DNA of 64,000 bases from Stegostoma tigrinum (Eukaryota). The DNA lies in assembly GCF_030684315.1 (NCBI RefSeq), contig NC_081357.1:95038930-95102929 (forward strand). Reading direction: 5' to 3'. The notes beneath the pieces are model-generated. The model was not told where the DNA came from and made no database searches. It worked only from the letters and a program-made list of their open reading frames with translations. Shown here one piece after another: positions 53,856 through 64,000 of this stretch (position 1 is the first letter of the stretch; each line of letters starts with the position of its first letter). Both the position numbers and the translations under genes were made by a program.

Positions 53856-54350
53856 AACAGCACTAGGAACCTGGGTTTGATTCCGCCCTCGGGCAACCGT
53901 CTGTGGAGTTTGTGCATTCTCCCGTGTCTGTGTGGGTTTCCTCCCACAGTCCAAAGAAGTGTAGGGTAGGTGGATTGGCCATGCTAAATTGCCAATAGCG
54001 TCCAGGGATATTTAGGTTAGATGGTGAAATGCAGGGGTAGGGGAGTGAGTTGTGGTGGGATGCTCTTTGGAAGGGCGGTGTGGACTTGTTGGGCTGAATG
54101 GCCTGTTTCCACATTGTAGGATTCTATGGAGACCATACCAACTCTCTAAAGAGCATCGTACCTAGGACCCCCCCACCAAATGCCTGCACTTCCCATGGCC
54201 ATCCCAGCTCACCTGCACACCTTTGGATTGTGCGAGGAAACCCACACAGACATGAGGAAAAAACTTGTAACCGCTACACAGTCGCCTGAGGCTGGATTGA
54301 GCTCAAGACTCTGGCATTGTGAGGTAGCAGTGCCAACCACCGAGCCACTG
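53856..54350. mobile_element. Two HE1/V-SINE-like SINEs, tail-to-tail
   Basis: Plus copy: GGTTTGATTCC B-box-like, TGTGGAGTTTG...TGGGTTTCCTCC core. Minus copy ends at a tRNA-like head (CAGTGGCTCGGTGGTTGGCAC). Confidence 0.7.
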
Positions 54351-56267
54351 TGATTTTCCCCTGGAATACTGCAAGCTGTTTTTGGTTCCCTTTATCTAAG
54401 GAAAGCTATACTGATACTAGAAGCCATCAGAGAAGGTTCACTAGACTGATTCTGGGAATGAAAAAACTGTCTTACGAGTAGAGGTTGGATAGGTTCGGCC
54501 TGTATTTGTTAAAATATAGAAGAATGAGAGGTGACCTTTTTGAAACATACGTGATTCTTATGGGACTGGACAACATTGTACATGTGGAAAGGTTCATTTC
54601 CTCTTGTGGAAGACTCTAGTTCTAGAAGGCATAATCTCCAAGCAAGAGGTTAAACATTCAAGAAACAGGTATGGGGGAATTTATTCTGAGTGTAGTGAAT
54701 ATGTGGAATTCTTTATCTCAGATGGCTTTAGAAGCTAGGTTGTTTCCCGTAAGCAAAAAAAAACTAAAATCAATTCTTATAACTGAAAGCAAGCTGAATA
54801 GTCTTGAATGTTCACTCTGTATTTGTAAACATCTCACCAATGCAAACACATTGCCGTTATCAGCCCTGATCGTGTCTCATATACACACTCATTTTAGAAA
54901 AAGATTCCAGAGATATTGAGAAGTTGTTGATAATGGACAAACTAGCAATGTGAAGAAATTCCCACTCTTTTGAGATTGCAGAGACATCAAGGTAGGAGGT
55001 ATTCAGTCTCCCGGCCCATCCACTCCCTCTCATATGACCGATTACATCCTTTTTTCTTCATTTAACTTTTGAATCAAATTCACTTTTTCTTCTTTCTGTG
55101 GGGGTGTATTTAGAGAGAGGTTGCAGGGAGCTGTTGAGTGGTGGATCCAGTCCATTCCTCGTGGCCATGGTAGTAATTGTTTCAGCAACTGTTCCAGCGT
55201 TGATGGGTTGGGGCCGGTTCTTTTCCTTTGGTGTTTTGGCAGCATCTGCAATTGCGGCAGAGTGAATGATCCTTTGATCCTGGGGAGTTCATTTGGATGG
55301 TGTGTCGGTCCTTGGAAGCTGAGAATGGACAGCAGTCTGTGAAAGTTGGGACAGTCTCCTGGCTATGGCGGCAGCTGGAGTATCAGTGATGATCAGGTAC
55401 CTTTGGCAGAGATGGTGTTGGGTCAGCAGGGGGTTACTTCAGTGTGCTTCCTCCTTGGTGTTGCAGCCTCATGGACAGTTTTGACACCTGCAGAGTAAGG
55501 CACATCAGGTAGTCACTTGTGAATTCAAGAAGCCATTGTTGGAACAAAAACATGAAATTTGTCTTGACTTAGTATGTATTATTTCTTTTTTATAATTTAT
55601 GTAATTAAAATGGTGCCAGATTAATTATGATGACTTAGGCATGTTTTGGCAGTATTTTTCATAAATACATGTAACAGTAAATTACTATGATAATAATATT
55701 ATATTTGCTACTACCCAATACCCAATGATCTACACATGACCACACTGTTTTGATTTGATGTATTGTCACATGTACCTAAGTACAGTGAAAAGCTTTGTTT
55801 GTGAGCAGTACAGGCTGATCATAGTAAGCAAGGGCATACAGATTATAGGGTGAAAAAGAAACTTTGACAGAGGAAGGTATACAGGTTACACTGCAAAGGC
55901 TGTGTGATAAGCAAGTTCAACATAAAACAAGACCAGCATTGTTTTAAGTTAGAGAGTCCATTCATTAGTCTATGTCGACTGTCTCCCTTTGTTTCTCAAG
56001 GTGGCATTTCAAAGATCTTTGTCAGCTGGTGGGTATCAATTTGCAATGGGTCAGTGATGATGCTTCTTGTGTCGCTAATCCTTCACATCTAACTTACCCG
56101 TTGTCATAAAGTGGACCAACACCTTCATCAATACTCTTCCTGACAGGAGGTGTCAGCTGAAGAGAAAATTAGTGGCATGTAGTTGGGATTCCATCCTTTG
56201 GAAAGGGGCACACATGGAACCAAAGAGACCTTGAAATATGAGATAACAAGGTGTAGAGCTGGATGAA

Positions 56268-57260
56268 CAGTTACTAGTGGTGTACCGCAAGGGTCAGTGT
56301 TGGGCCCACTGCTGTTTGTCATTTTTATAAATGACCTGGATGAGGGCGTAGAAGGATGGGTTAGTAAATTTGCAGACAACACTAAGATCGGTGGAGTTGT
56401 GGATAGCGACGAAGGATGCTGTAGGTTGCAGAGAGACATAGATAAGCTGCAGAGCTGGGCTGAGAGGTGGCAAATGGAGTTTAATGCAGACAAGTGTGAG
56501 GTGATGCACTTTGGTAGGAGTAACCGGAATGCAAAGTACTGGGCTAATGGTAAGATTCTTAGTAGTGTAGATGAGCAGAGAGATCTCGGTGTCCATGTAC
56601 ACAGATCCTTGAAAGTTGACAGGGTTGTTAAGAAGGCATACAGTGTTTTAGTTTTTATTAATAGAGGGATCGAGTTCCGGAACCAAGAGGTTATGCTGCA
56701 GCTGTACAAAACTCTGGTGCGGCCGCACATGGAGTATTGCATACAGTTCTGGTCACCGCATTATAAGAACGATGTGGAAGCTTTGGAAAGGGTGCAGAGG
56801 AGATTTACGAGGATGTTGCCTGGTATGGAGAGAAGGTCTTACGAGGAAAGGCTGAGGGACTTGAGGCTGTTTTCATTAGAGAGAAGAAGGTTGAGAGGTG
56901 ACTTAATTGAGACATATAAAATAATCAGAGGGTTAGATAGGGTGGATAGGGAGAGCCTTTTTCCTAGGATGGTGACGGCGAGCACAAGGGGGCATAGCTT
57001 TAAATTGAGGGGTGAAAGATATAGGACAGATGTCAGAGGTAGTTTTTTCACTCAGAGAGTAGTAAGGGAATGGAACGCTTTTTCTGCAACGGTAGTAGAT
57101 TCGCCAACTTTAAGAACATTTAAGTCATGATTGGACAAGCATATGGACGTACATGGAATAGTGTGGGTTGGATGGGCTTCAGATCGGTATGACAGGTTGG
57201 CACAACATCGAGGGCTGAAGGGCCTGTACTGTGCTGTAACGTTCTATGTTCTATGTTCTA
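56268..57260 (+). mobile_element. Young CR1 3' part with open 277-aa RT C-terminus, nested in a Penelope terminal segment
   Basis: ORF 56297-57130; (TTCTATG)n tail; closely similar to 23339-24325 in reverse complement. Confidence 0.93.
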
Positions 57261-57880
57261 ACACAGCAGGCCAAGCATCATCAGAGGAGCAGGAAAGCTG
57301 ACAGTTTGGGCCTTGACCCTTCTTCAGAAATGTGTGAGGGGAAGGGGATTCTGAAATAAATAGGGAGAGACAGGGAGGCAGATACAAGATGGATAAAGGA
57401 GAATATAGGTGGAGAGGAGACAGACAAGTCAAAGAGGCAGGGATGGAGCCAGTAAAAATGAGTGTAGGTGGGGAGTTAGGAAGGGGATAGGTCAGTCCAG
57501 GGAGAACGGACAGGTGAAGGGGGCGGGGTTAGATTAGTGGGTAGGAGATGGGGATGGGGTTTGAGGTGGCAGGACGGACAGGTTAGGGTTGCGGTCGGTG
57601 GAGGGGAGATTCTGAAGCTTGTGAAGTCAACATTAATACCATTGGGCTGCAGGGTTCCCAAGCAGAATATGAGTTGCTTTTCCTGCAACTTCGTGTAGCA
57701 TGATTATGGCACTGCAGGAGGCCCAGGATGGACATGTCGTCTGAGGAATGGGAGGGGGAGTTGAAATACTTTGCGACTGGGAGGTGCAGTTGTTTATTGC
57801 GAACCGAGCAGAGGTGTTCTGCAAAGCGGTCCCCAAGCCTCCGCTTGGTTTCCCCAATGTAGAGGATGCCACAACGACCT
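57260..57880 (-). mobile_element. Penelope-like element 3' fragment (GIY-YIG and terminal segment)
   Basis: CGILYIGETKRRLGDRFAEHL GIY-YIG motif in ORF 57583-57906. Confidence 0.85.
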
Positions 57881-58289
57881 TGAAATAAAAACTGCATGGC
57901 CTCCAATAAAGGAGGGTGTGCACTTCATGGGATAGCAGATCAAGTTCCTTGCCAGTGAACACTATCCAGGAAGCAGCTTTTCCCCACAGAAAAGAAGTGG
58001 TGGAGGTGATGATTTTTGACACCCTGACTGGTAGTCCGCTGGGAAAAGCCACTCCCTATAAGTTTGGCATTGTGTCTGACACTTCCTTCAAACAAGTTCA
58101 GCCAGATGAATTCCAATGCCTCTTCCCCAAAAACTCATACTGTATTAAAACACGCTCCTTTCATTAAACACCCACTCTAAATCTACACCCTCCCTTGCAT
58201 CCATCCCCCTTCATTCCGCTCCGTGTTTGCAATGTGAGCCACGCAGTGGTTCCAGCTCTGATCCTTAAAGGCCTCTCTCAGTAACGCTG

Positions 58290-58422
58290 CAGGAAAGCGA
58301 AAGTAAAAGGAGCGGAGGCCGAGAAACGAAACTCTCTTTCCGACTGAAGGAAGAGACAATTTGCGTTCACGGTCTCCACTGCGAGAGTCAAGAGATTGCT
58401 GCTGTGAGCGCTGACGGTGAGT
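58290..58422 (+). promoter_or_regulatory. Interferon-responsive promoter and probable non-coding first exon (likely PKR/EIF2AK2-family gene)
   Basis: GAAAGCGAAAGT (58293-58304), KCS-like AAGGAGCGGAGGCC (58307-58320), ISRE GAGAAACGAAACT (58321-58333), local CpG enrichment, donor ACG|GTGAGT at 58416/58417. Gene identity is inferred from synteny and motif similarity only. Confidence 0.65.
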
Positions 58423-59476
58423 TTTCCTGGGGCTCTGAACGCATTACAGAATAATGTTATATTACACACACCGGCCGAAGCTTTACGGGGCACGCACCGT
58501 GGGTTCGGCAGGGGTTGCAGTATGACTCAGCTTTCAAAAATCTTCTTACCGATTAGTTACTTGATGGTGAATATTGTTTTACTGTCACCTCCGTTACAGT
58601 GGACTCTGAGTCGCAGGTTAGGGATTTAAGTCTTTCCTTCAGAGACTGAGTACAGAATTAAGGCTGACACCATCACTGTTAGTCTCTCAGATGAGACATT
58701 AACCCGAGGCTGGACCGCTCTCCTAGTTGGAACAACTGGGAGATGTGTATCTTTTCACAACCCGTTACCGGTCCCTTGGCCTTCTGCAGCTTTGTAAATG
58801 TTATCGCTGTTACATAGGAACAGGGCCAGACCATCCCATGAGCGTATGCATGGTTTACTTCATATCCCTGCTTTTCCCCATCTTCCTTACATTTTCCTCA
58901 AAAATCTGTCAATTTCTGTCTCGTTTAAATCACTTTGTATCATTTCGATTGCCTGTTGCTGAAGATAATTTGAAATTTCTAAGGCCCTGTTGAAGAGTAT
59001 CCTCATCCCTCTGCCGCAAGTCTAGCTCAGAGAGCCCCCTGTGCAGACAGAAGCAGAGTTAAAGTTTCAAATCCAGTGACCCTTTGTCAGAAGGATCATA
59101 ATCTGAAGGGTCATTGGACTCAACTATTTGCTCTGCTTTCCTCTCTCTCTATACAGATACTGACAGATCTGCTGAGTTTCTCCAGCACTTGCTGCTCGTT
59201 TCAAATTTCCAGCATCTGCAGTACTTTTATTAAGCTGTTTTATGTTGTTTGTATTATTGCTTTTTTATTGCAGTCTTAAATAGAGAATTGAAGGAAAAGA
59301 AATTGATCTAATATATCTGTAGAAATAACCTATATATTTTCTACACTAAACATGTTCTTATCAAAATGATCCTGGCGTTTCAATGTGTTAACTGGAACAT
59401 TTGATTGTAATGAAGGGAAATCCTTTATTAGTTTGTGAGTGTCTGAATTCTGCACATTCAGCAATGTTTCAATTAT

Positions 59477-60860
59477 TGGTGGGGAGCATTAATTGACATC
59501 ACATGAAAAGGGTGTGCTGATTGGCTGGCCAGATTATGAGCCCAATGAATCATCTTAAATTGGTTTTTAGCGTAATTGTTGTCACACTCAGGATTGTTTG
59601 TAACTGCTATCTAATCTTCTAAACCAGCCACATTCCTGTTCCATATAATACTACCTAGCTCCCTGACTCATTTCCTTGGGTGTAGAGGGACTAGTAAGGG
59701 GGAACAAAAATCTTGAGATCTCTTCAAATCTGATATTTTCTTTTATCTGAAATTTGATATGTCACAATGAGACCACAAGAAATTGGAACGGGGTAGATGA
59801 TTCAATCTGTTGAGTCTGTTGTGCCATTCAATGGGATTATGAGTAATGTCCCCTTGGGTAATTTTCCTCATGTCTGCTTTCCTGTCTTTTCCCTCTAATC
59901 CTTGATTCCGCTACTGATGAAGAAACTATCTCAGCCTCAAATTTTCATAAGGACTCCGTCCACACAACTCTGTGTGGCAAGGAGTTCCAAAGATTCTCAA
60001 CCCTCTGAGAGTTTGAGGGTGAAATATTGGCCAGGATATTGCACTGCATTTCATGACGTTCTTTACATTGTGTGTATAGGATCTTTTATGTCCACTCAAG
60101 CAGGTAGACACTTGAAGGTCTGATTGAAAACATAAGAACTGTGATAGCACACCTTGGATGTGACAGCCTCGAAGATACACTCACCTCTCAGTATGTGGAT
60201 TGAACTCTCGGCCTTTGGAATAAATTTAACTCTGGGTTTAAAATCCATGTTTAGCCTTTGCTTTGCCCTAGAGCCAAGTCAGGCCAGGAAAATACTTTGC
60301 AGGATGCCTAGCTTGTAGCGTGAATGAATTTTAAAGAATATTGCACGAGAACTGATTTATCTTTCCAAATCAAGGCATTAGTAAATACATTTCCCTGTAT
60401 TTTACACAAACAAATACTCCTACCAGGACTCCTAACAGCTGTAATGAGTTTTATAAGAAGTGTTTGGAAAAGTGGTGCATCCAGTTTACAATTGCCTGTT
60501 GCCATCTATGTAAGGGAGATGATTTAGATTTGGATGAAAATTTGCAGTGGGCAATATTGGATCTGCTGCCTGTTGTACATGACTCCTAGTTTCATTTCCT
60601 GTGGAAGTCACAAGGAAGTCTGATATTAATACTTCACTTCTTTGTAATGACAATTCTTGGTTGGTGAGAAAGAGACAGTCTGTCAAAACCTTTTGTCTCG
60701 CAGTCATCAGAACAGACACAAGAATTCCAAAGTTTAATGGTGGGGAGCACTAAATGACATCACATATGAAAGAAATACTGATTGGCAGATTGTGAGCCCA
60801 ATGGAGCATCTTAAATTGGTTTTTGCATAATTGTTGTCACACTCAGGATTGTTCAGTAAC
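59477..60860 (+). repeat. Diverged ~125-bp direct repeat pair (59477-59604, 60738-60860)
   Basis: Shared TGGTGGGGAGCA..TGACATCACAT..CTGATTGG..GAGCCCAATG..CATCTTAAATTGGTTTTT..TAATTGTTGTCACACTCAGGATTGTT. Confidence 0.85.
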
Positions 60861-61956
60861 AGATATCAAAACAGGGATTTATATGTATCATTGGAACATT
60901 ACATTCTGTGTTTTACAAACATTTTGTGAGTTGAGCATGTCCAGTACTCTGCCTACTGCAAGGGAATGTGATGTTTAATACAACTCAACAGTCATTGGGA
61001 TATGGGGCCCAGATATGTTAGCATTACACCGGCACTGAAATTCACATAACTGCATTACTCATTTGTGTGTCATGAAGAAAGCAGCACAAGCATCTGTATG
61101 GAAAACCATGTTCCTGTCTTGATTGCAATCCTATTAATGGAAAATATCAGTTATAGTATTACTTCATAATAGTAGCATATAATAACTGTTTTTACCTGTT
61201 ACTCAGATTTTTGAACTAGCTTACCGTTCCAGAATATTTTAAGATAGTCAAGATATTTCAGATCTCAAACTGATGGCCTTAGCCCCATTTGAAAGATTTG
61301 TAATAGACAGCAGGTAATAATGTGATTACAATAACCACTAAATTGCATTATAGCTTTAATGTACCCCATTTTGACACCCTACTTTTGTATGGTGAGCAAA
61401 TAGTTCAGGCCTTTTTAACAAGGCTTCCAGTAAGGCAGAAAATATCCATATGCCGGGATCTGTTTTCTACAGGCATAATAGACAGGTCCAGACATTGTGC
61501 CTTTCTAAAAAGAAAAGTATGAGGAAGCAATGGTTCTTTGCTGCACTCCCCATTGCAATGCCAATAATCAGAATCAACTTGCTAACCAACCGGCATTCTT
61601 TCCCCATGCAATGCAAATTGTTGCTCCCTTTGATTTTGGGAATTCTTGTGTTTGTCCTGCGAGATGAAAAGCTTTGACAGCTAATGAGTGTTGAAATGTG
61701 GAAGTTTGGCAAGCTGATGCAGCATAATCACATTCAGATGTGTTTAGTCTTCAGCTTTAATAGATCCGTTATATTGAGTGATTGAAAGGATTAGATCACT
61801 GTTGGTGCTAAAGAACAAATTCTAAGGGATTCAATATGAACCAAAGGCCTATTAAGTATCTGAATGCTTTGCCAATAATGACAGGTAACAGAGGGTAATT
61901 TTGGGATTCAGACTCTAAACTAAACTTCAAAGAAAGAAAATTCTTGGGATAACCTT

Positions 61957-63614
61957 GAGGTTGTAGCCTTGCTCACTGAGCCAGTGTGTTTGATTGCAGA
62001 TGTTTCATCATCCTGCTAGGTAACATTGTCAGTGCTTCCAGTGAAGCGTTGGTGTTCTGCCTTGCTTGGTATGTATATGCCTGTGTTTGCTGGGGTGGTT
62101 GGCATCACTTCCAGTTCTGTTTTTCAGTGGTTTGTATATCGGGTGCAATTCAATGTGTTTCTTGATGGAGTTCAGGTTGGAATGCCAGGCCTCCAGGAAT
62201 TCCCTGGCATGTCTCTGTTCCTGTTTCTCTATTAAATGCTCCTGTTATGCTTCGCGCAGACACCAGAATTGAAGAGGATGAGATAATGAAATTGTTCAAC
62301 ATAACAGCACTATTTACATCCATAACCATCGACCTAGCTGAAGAGACAATTGCCACACTGCTGGACAAATTAGAAAGGCGGGCACCCCACGACACCAACA
62401 GGGACAAAACCCTGAACCTGCTGGATCTGTGTCTCACAACCCACTTCGCCTTCAACGACCGTATATTCAAACAAATCAACAGAGCACCAATGGCATCCCC
62501 CACATCAGGACTGATTGCAGAAGTAGTAATGCACAGCTTAGAACAGACAGCACTCCCCACTATCCAACTCAAACACTGGGTCTAATATGCAGATAACACT
62601 TTCATGATTATCAAACGCTCCAGACTAGAAGAAACCCACTGACACATAAACAACATCCTCACTGGAATAAAGTTCACGAAAGGAGAGGAGAACAATAACT
62701 GACTACCCTTCTTAGACATAATGGTGGAAAATAAGAACAACGGGGAACTCCAGACCACCCATACAGACCAGATACTCAATTACACCAGCAACTACCCCAA
62801 CACCCATAAACAGAGCTACATCAGGACATTATTCAAATGGGCCACAACACACTGCACCAATCCGGAATTGCGCAAAGCAGAACAGGAACATTTTTAAAAG
62901 GAATGGACATCCAAAAAGCACAATCTGCCGTTACTGCAGCAACAGACCACAACAAGAAGACACAACACGGCCAGACACACTAGTCACCCTACTGTACATC
63001 AGGGACATATCAGAGATGACCACAAGACTGCTCAGACCCCTAGATATCAGGGTAGTCCAAAAACCAATAACCACCCTGCGACAGCTACTAACAAACGTAA
63101 AGGATCCCATACCCACAACCAATAAAACTAACGTAACATGCAAAATACCATGCAAGGTCTGTGAGAAACATTACATAGGCCAAACCAGAAGAAAATTGAC
63201 AATAAGGATATAAGAACATCAGCTAGCCACCAAGAGACACGACCAATTCTCACTGGTCTCAAAACACACAGACAAAGAAAGAAATGAATTTGACTGGGAC
63301 AACACATCCATAATAGCACCAGCCAAACGCCGGGGAATTCCTGGAGTTATGGCATTCCAGTGGAATTCCAACAACAAACATATTGAACAGGACCCGATAT
63401 ACAAACCACTGAGGAACAAAACCAGAAGTGATACCAAACACCCCAGCAAACCGAGGCATATAAATAACAAGTGGGACAAAACATCAGCGCTTCACTGGAG
63501 GTGCACTGACGATGTTACCTAGAGGGGTGATGAAATATCTGCAATTAAATACACTGGCTGGGTGAGCAAGTCTACAACCTCATCCACAATCTGGGCTACA
63601 AATCATCTCAAAAG
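61957..63614 (+). mobile_element. Penelope-like element (second family): RT, GIY-YIG and an inverted 3' copy at its 5' end
   Basis: FNITALFTSI, QIN.APMASPTS, YADNTF remnants; CKIPCKVCEKHYIGQT; inverted terminal copy ~61957-62240; TSD GGGATAACCTT (61946-61956, 63615-63625). Confidence 0.88.
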
Positions 63615-64000
63615 GGGATAACCTTAATGGCTGTTGTCTGTCCATCCATCGGTCAAGAAAGCAATTGACTTAGATTCTTAATTTTTTTATTGCCATGTCA
63701 AGATGTTGAATGTTTTCAAGAATGAGGTATAGTTCTCGGGGCTAAAAGGATCAAAGGGAATGGAGCGACAGTGGTAATAGGTACGGAGTTTGATAATCAG
63801 CCATGATCGTATTGTATGGAGGAGCAGGCTTGAAGGGTCAAATAGCCTACTCCTACTTCCTATATTACTATGTTTAGACTGAAAGAAGACATTGAAATGA
63901 TAGCAAAAGGAAAAGGTCATTTAGTCCTTGAGCCTTCAGTTAGATCATGATCAATCACCTTGGTTATCTAACCTTAATACCACTGCCTGAGTAAAATCTA

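Noticed and set aside
56297-57130. Longest ORF (277 aa) as a host gene
   Set aside because: It is the CR1 reverse transcriptase C-terminus.

Overview
Vertebrate genomic DNA, most likely a shark (inferred from the repeat types: CR1 and L2-type LINEs, HE1-like and other tRNA-derived SINEs, Penelope-like elements). It contains the 5' part of HEATR5B on the minus strand (non-coding exon 1 and six coding exons; the gene continues off the left edge). Head-to-head with it, across a ~250-bp CpG-rich, NRF1-motif-rich promoter, is a complete 8-coding-exon GPATCH11 on the plus strand (819-nt CDS, 272 aa). Most of the rest is transposon-derived. Three features stand out: (1) a CpG-rich promoter at ~58.3 kb with tandem IRF-E/ISRE sites and a KCS-like motif resembling the mammalian PKR (EIF2AK2) promoter, but facing the opposite way to human synteny; (2) short, TSD-flanked fold-back elements derived from two Penelope-like families that carry minimal hammerhead-ribozyme cores; (3) a near-perfect 307-bp-arm inverted duplication in GPATCH11 intron 5. 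Exon coordinates were read to the base; most repeat boundaries are approximate.
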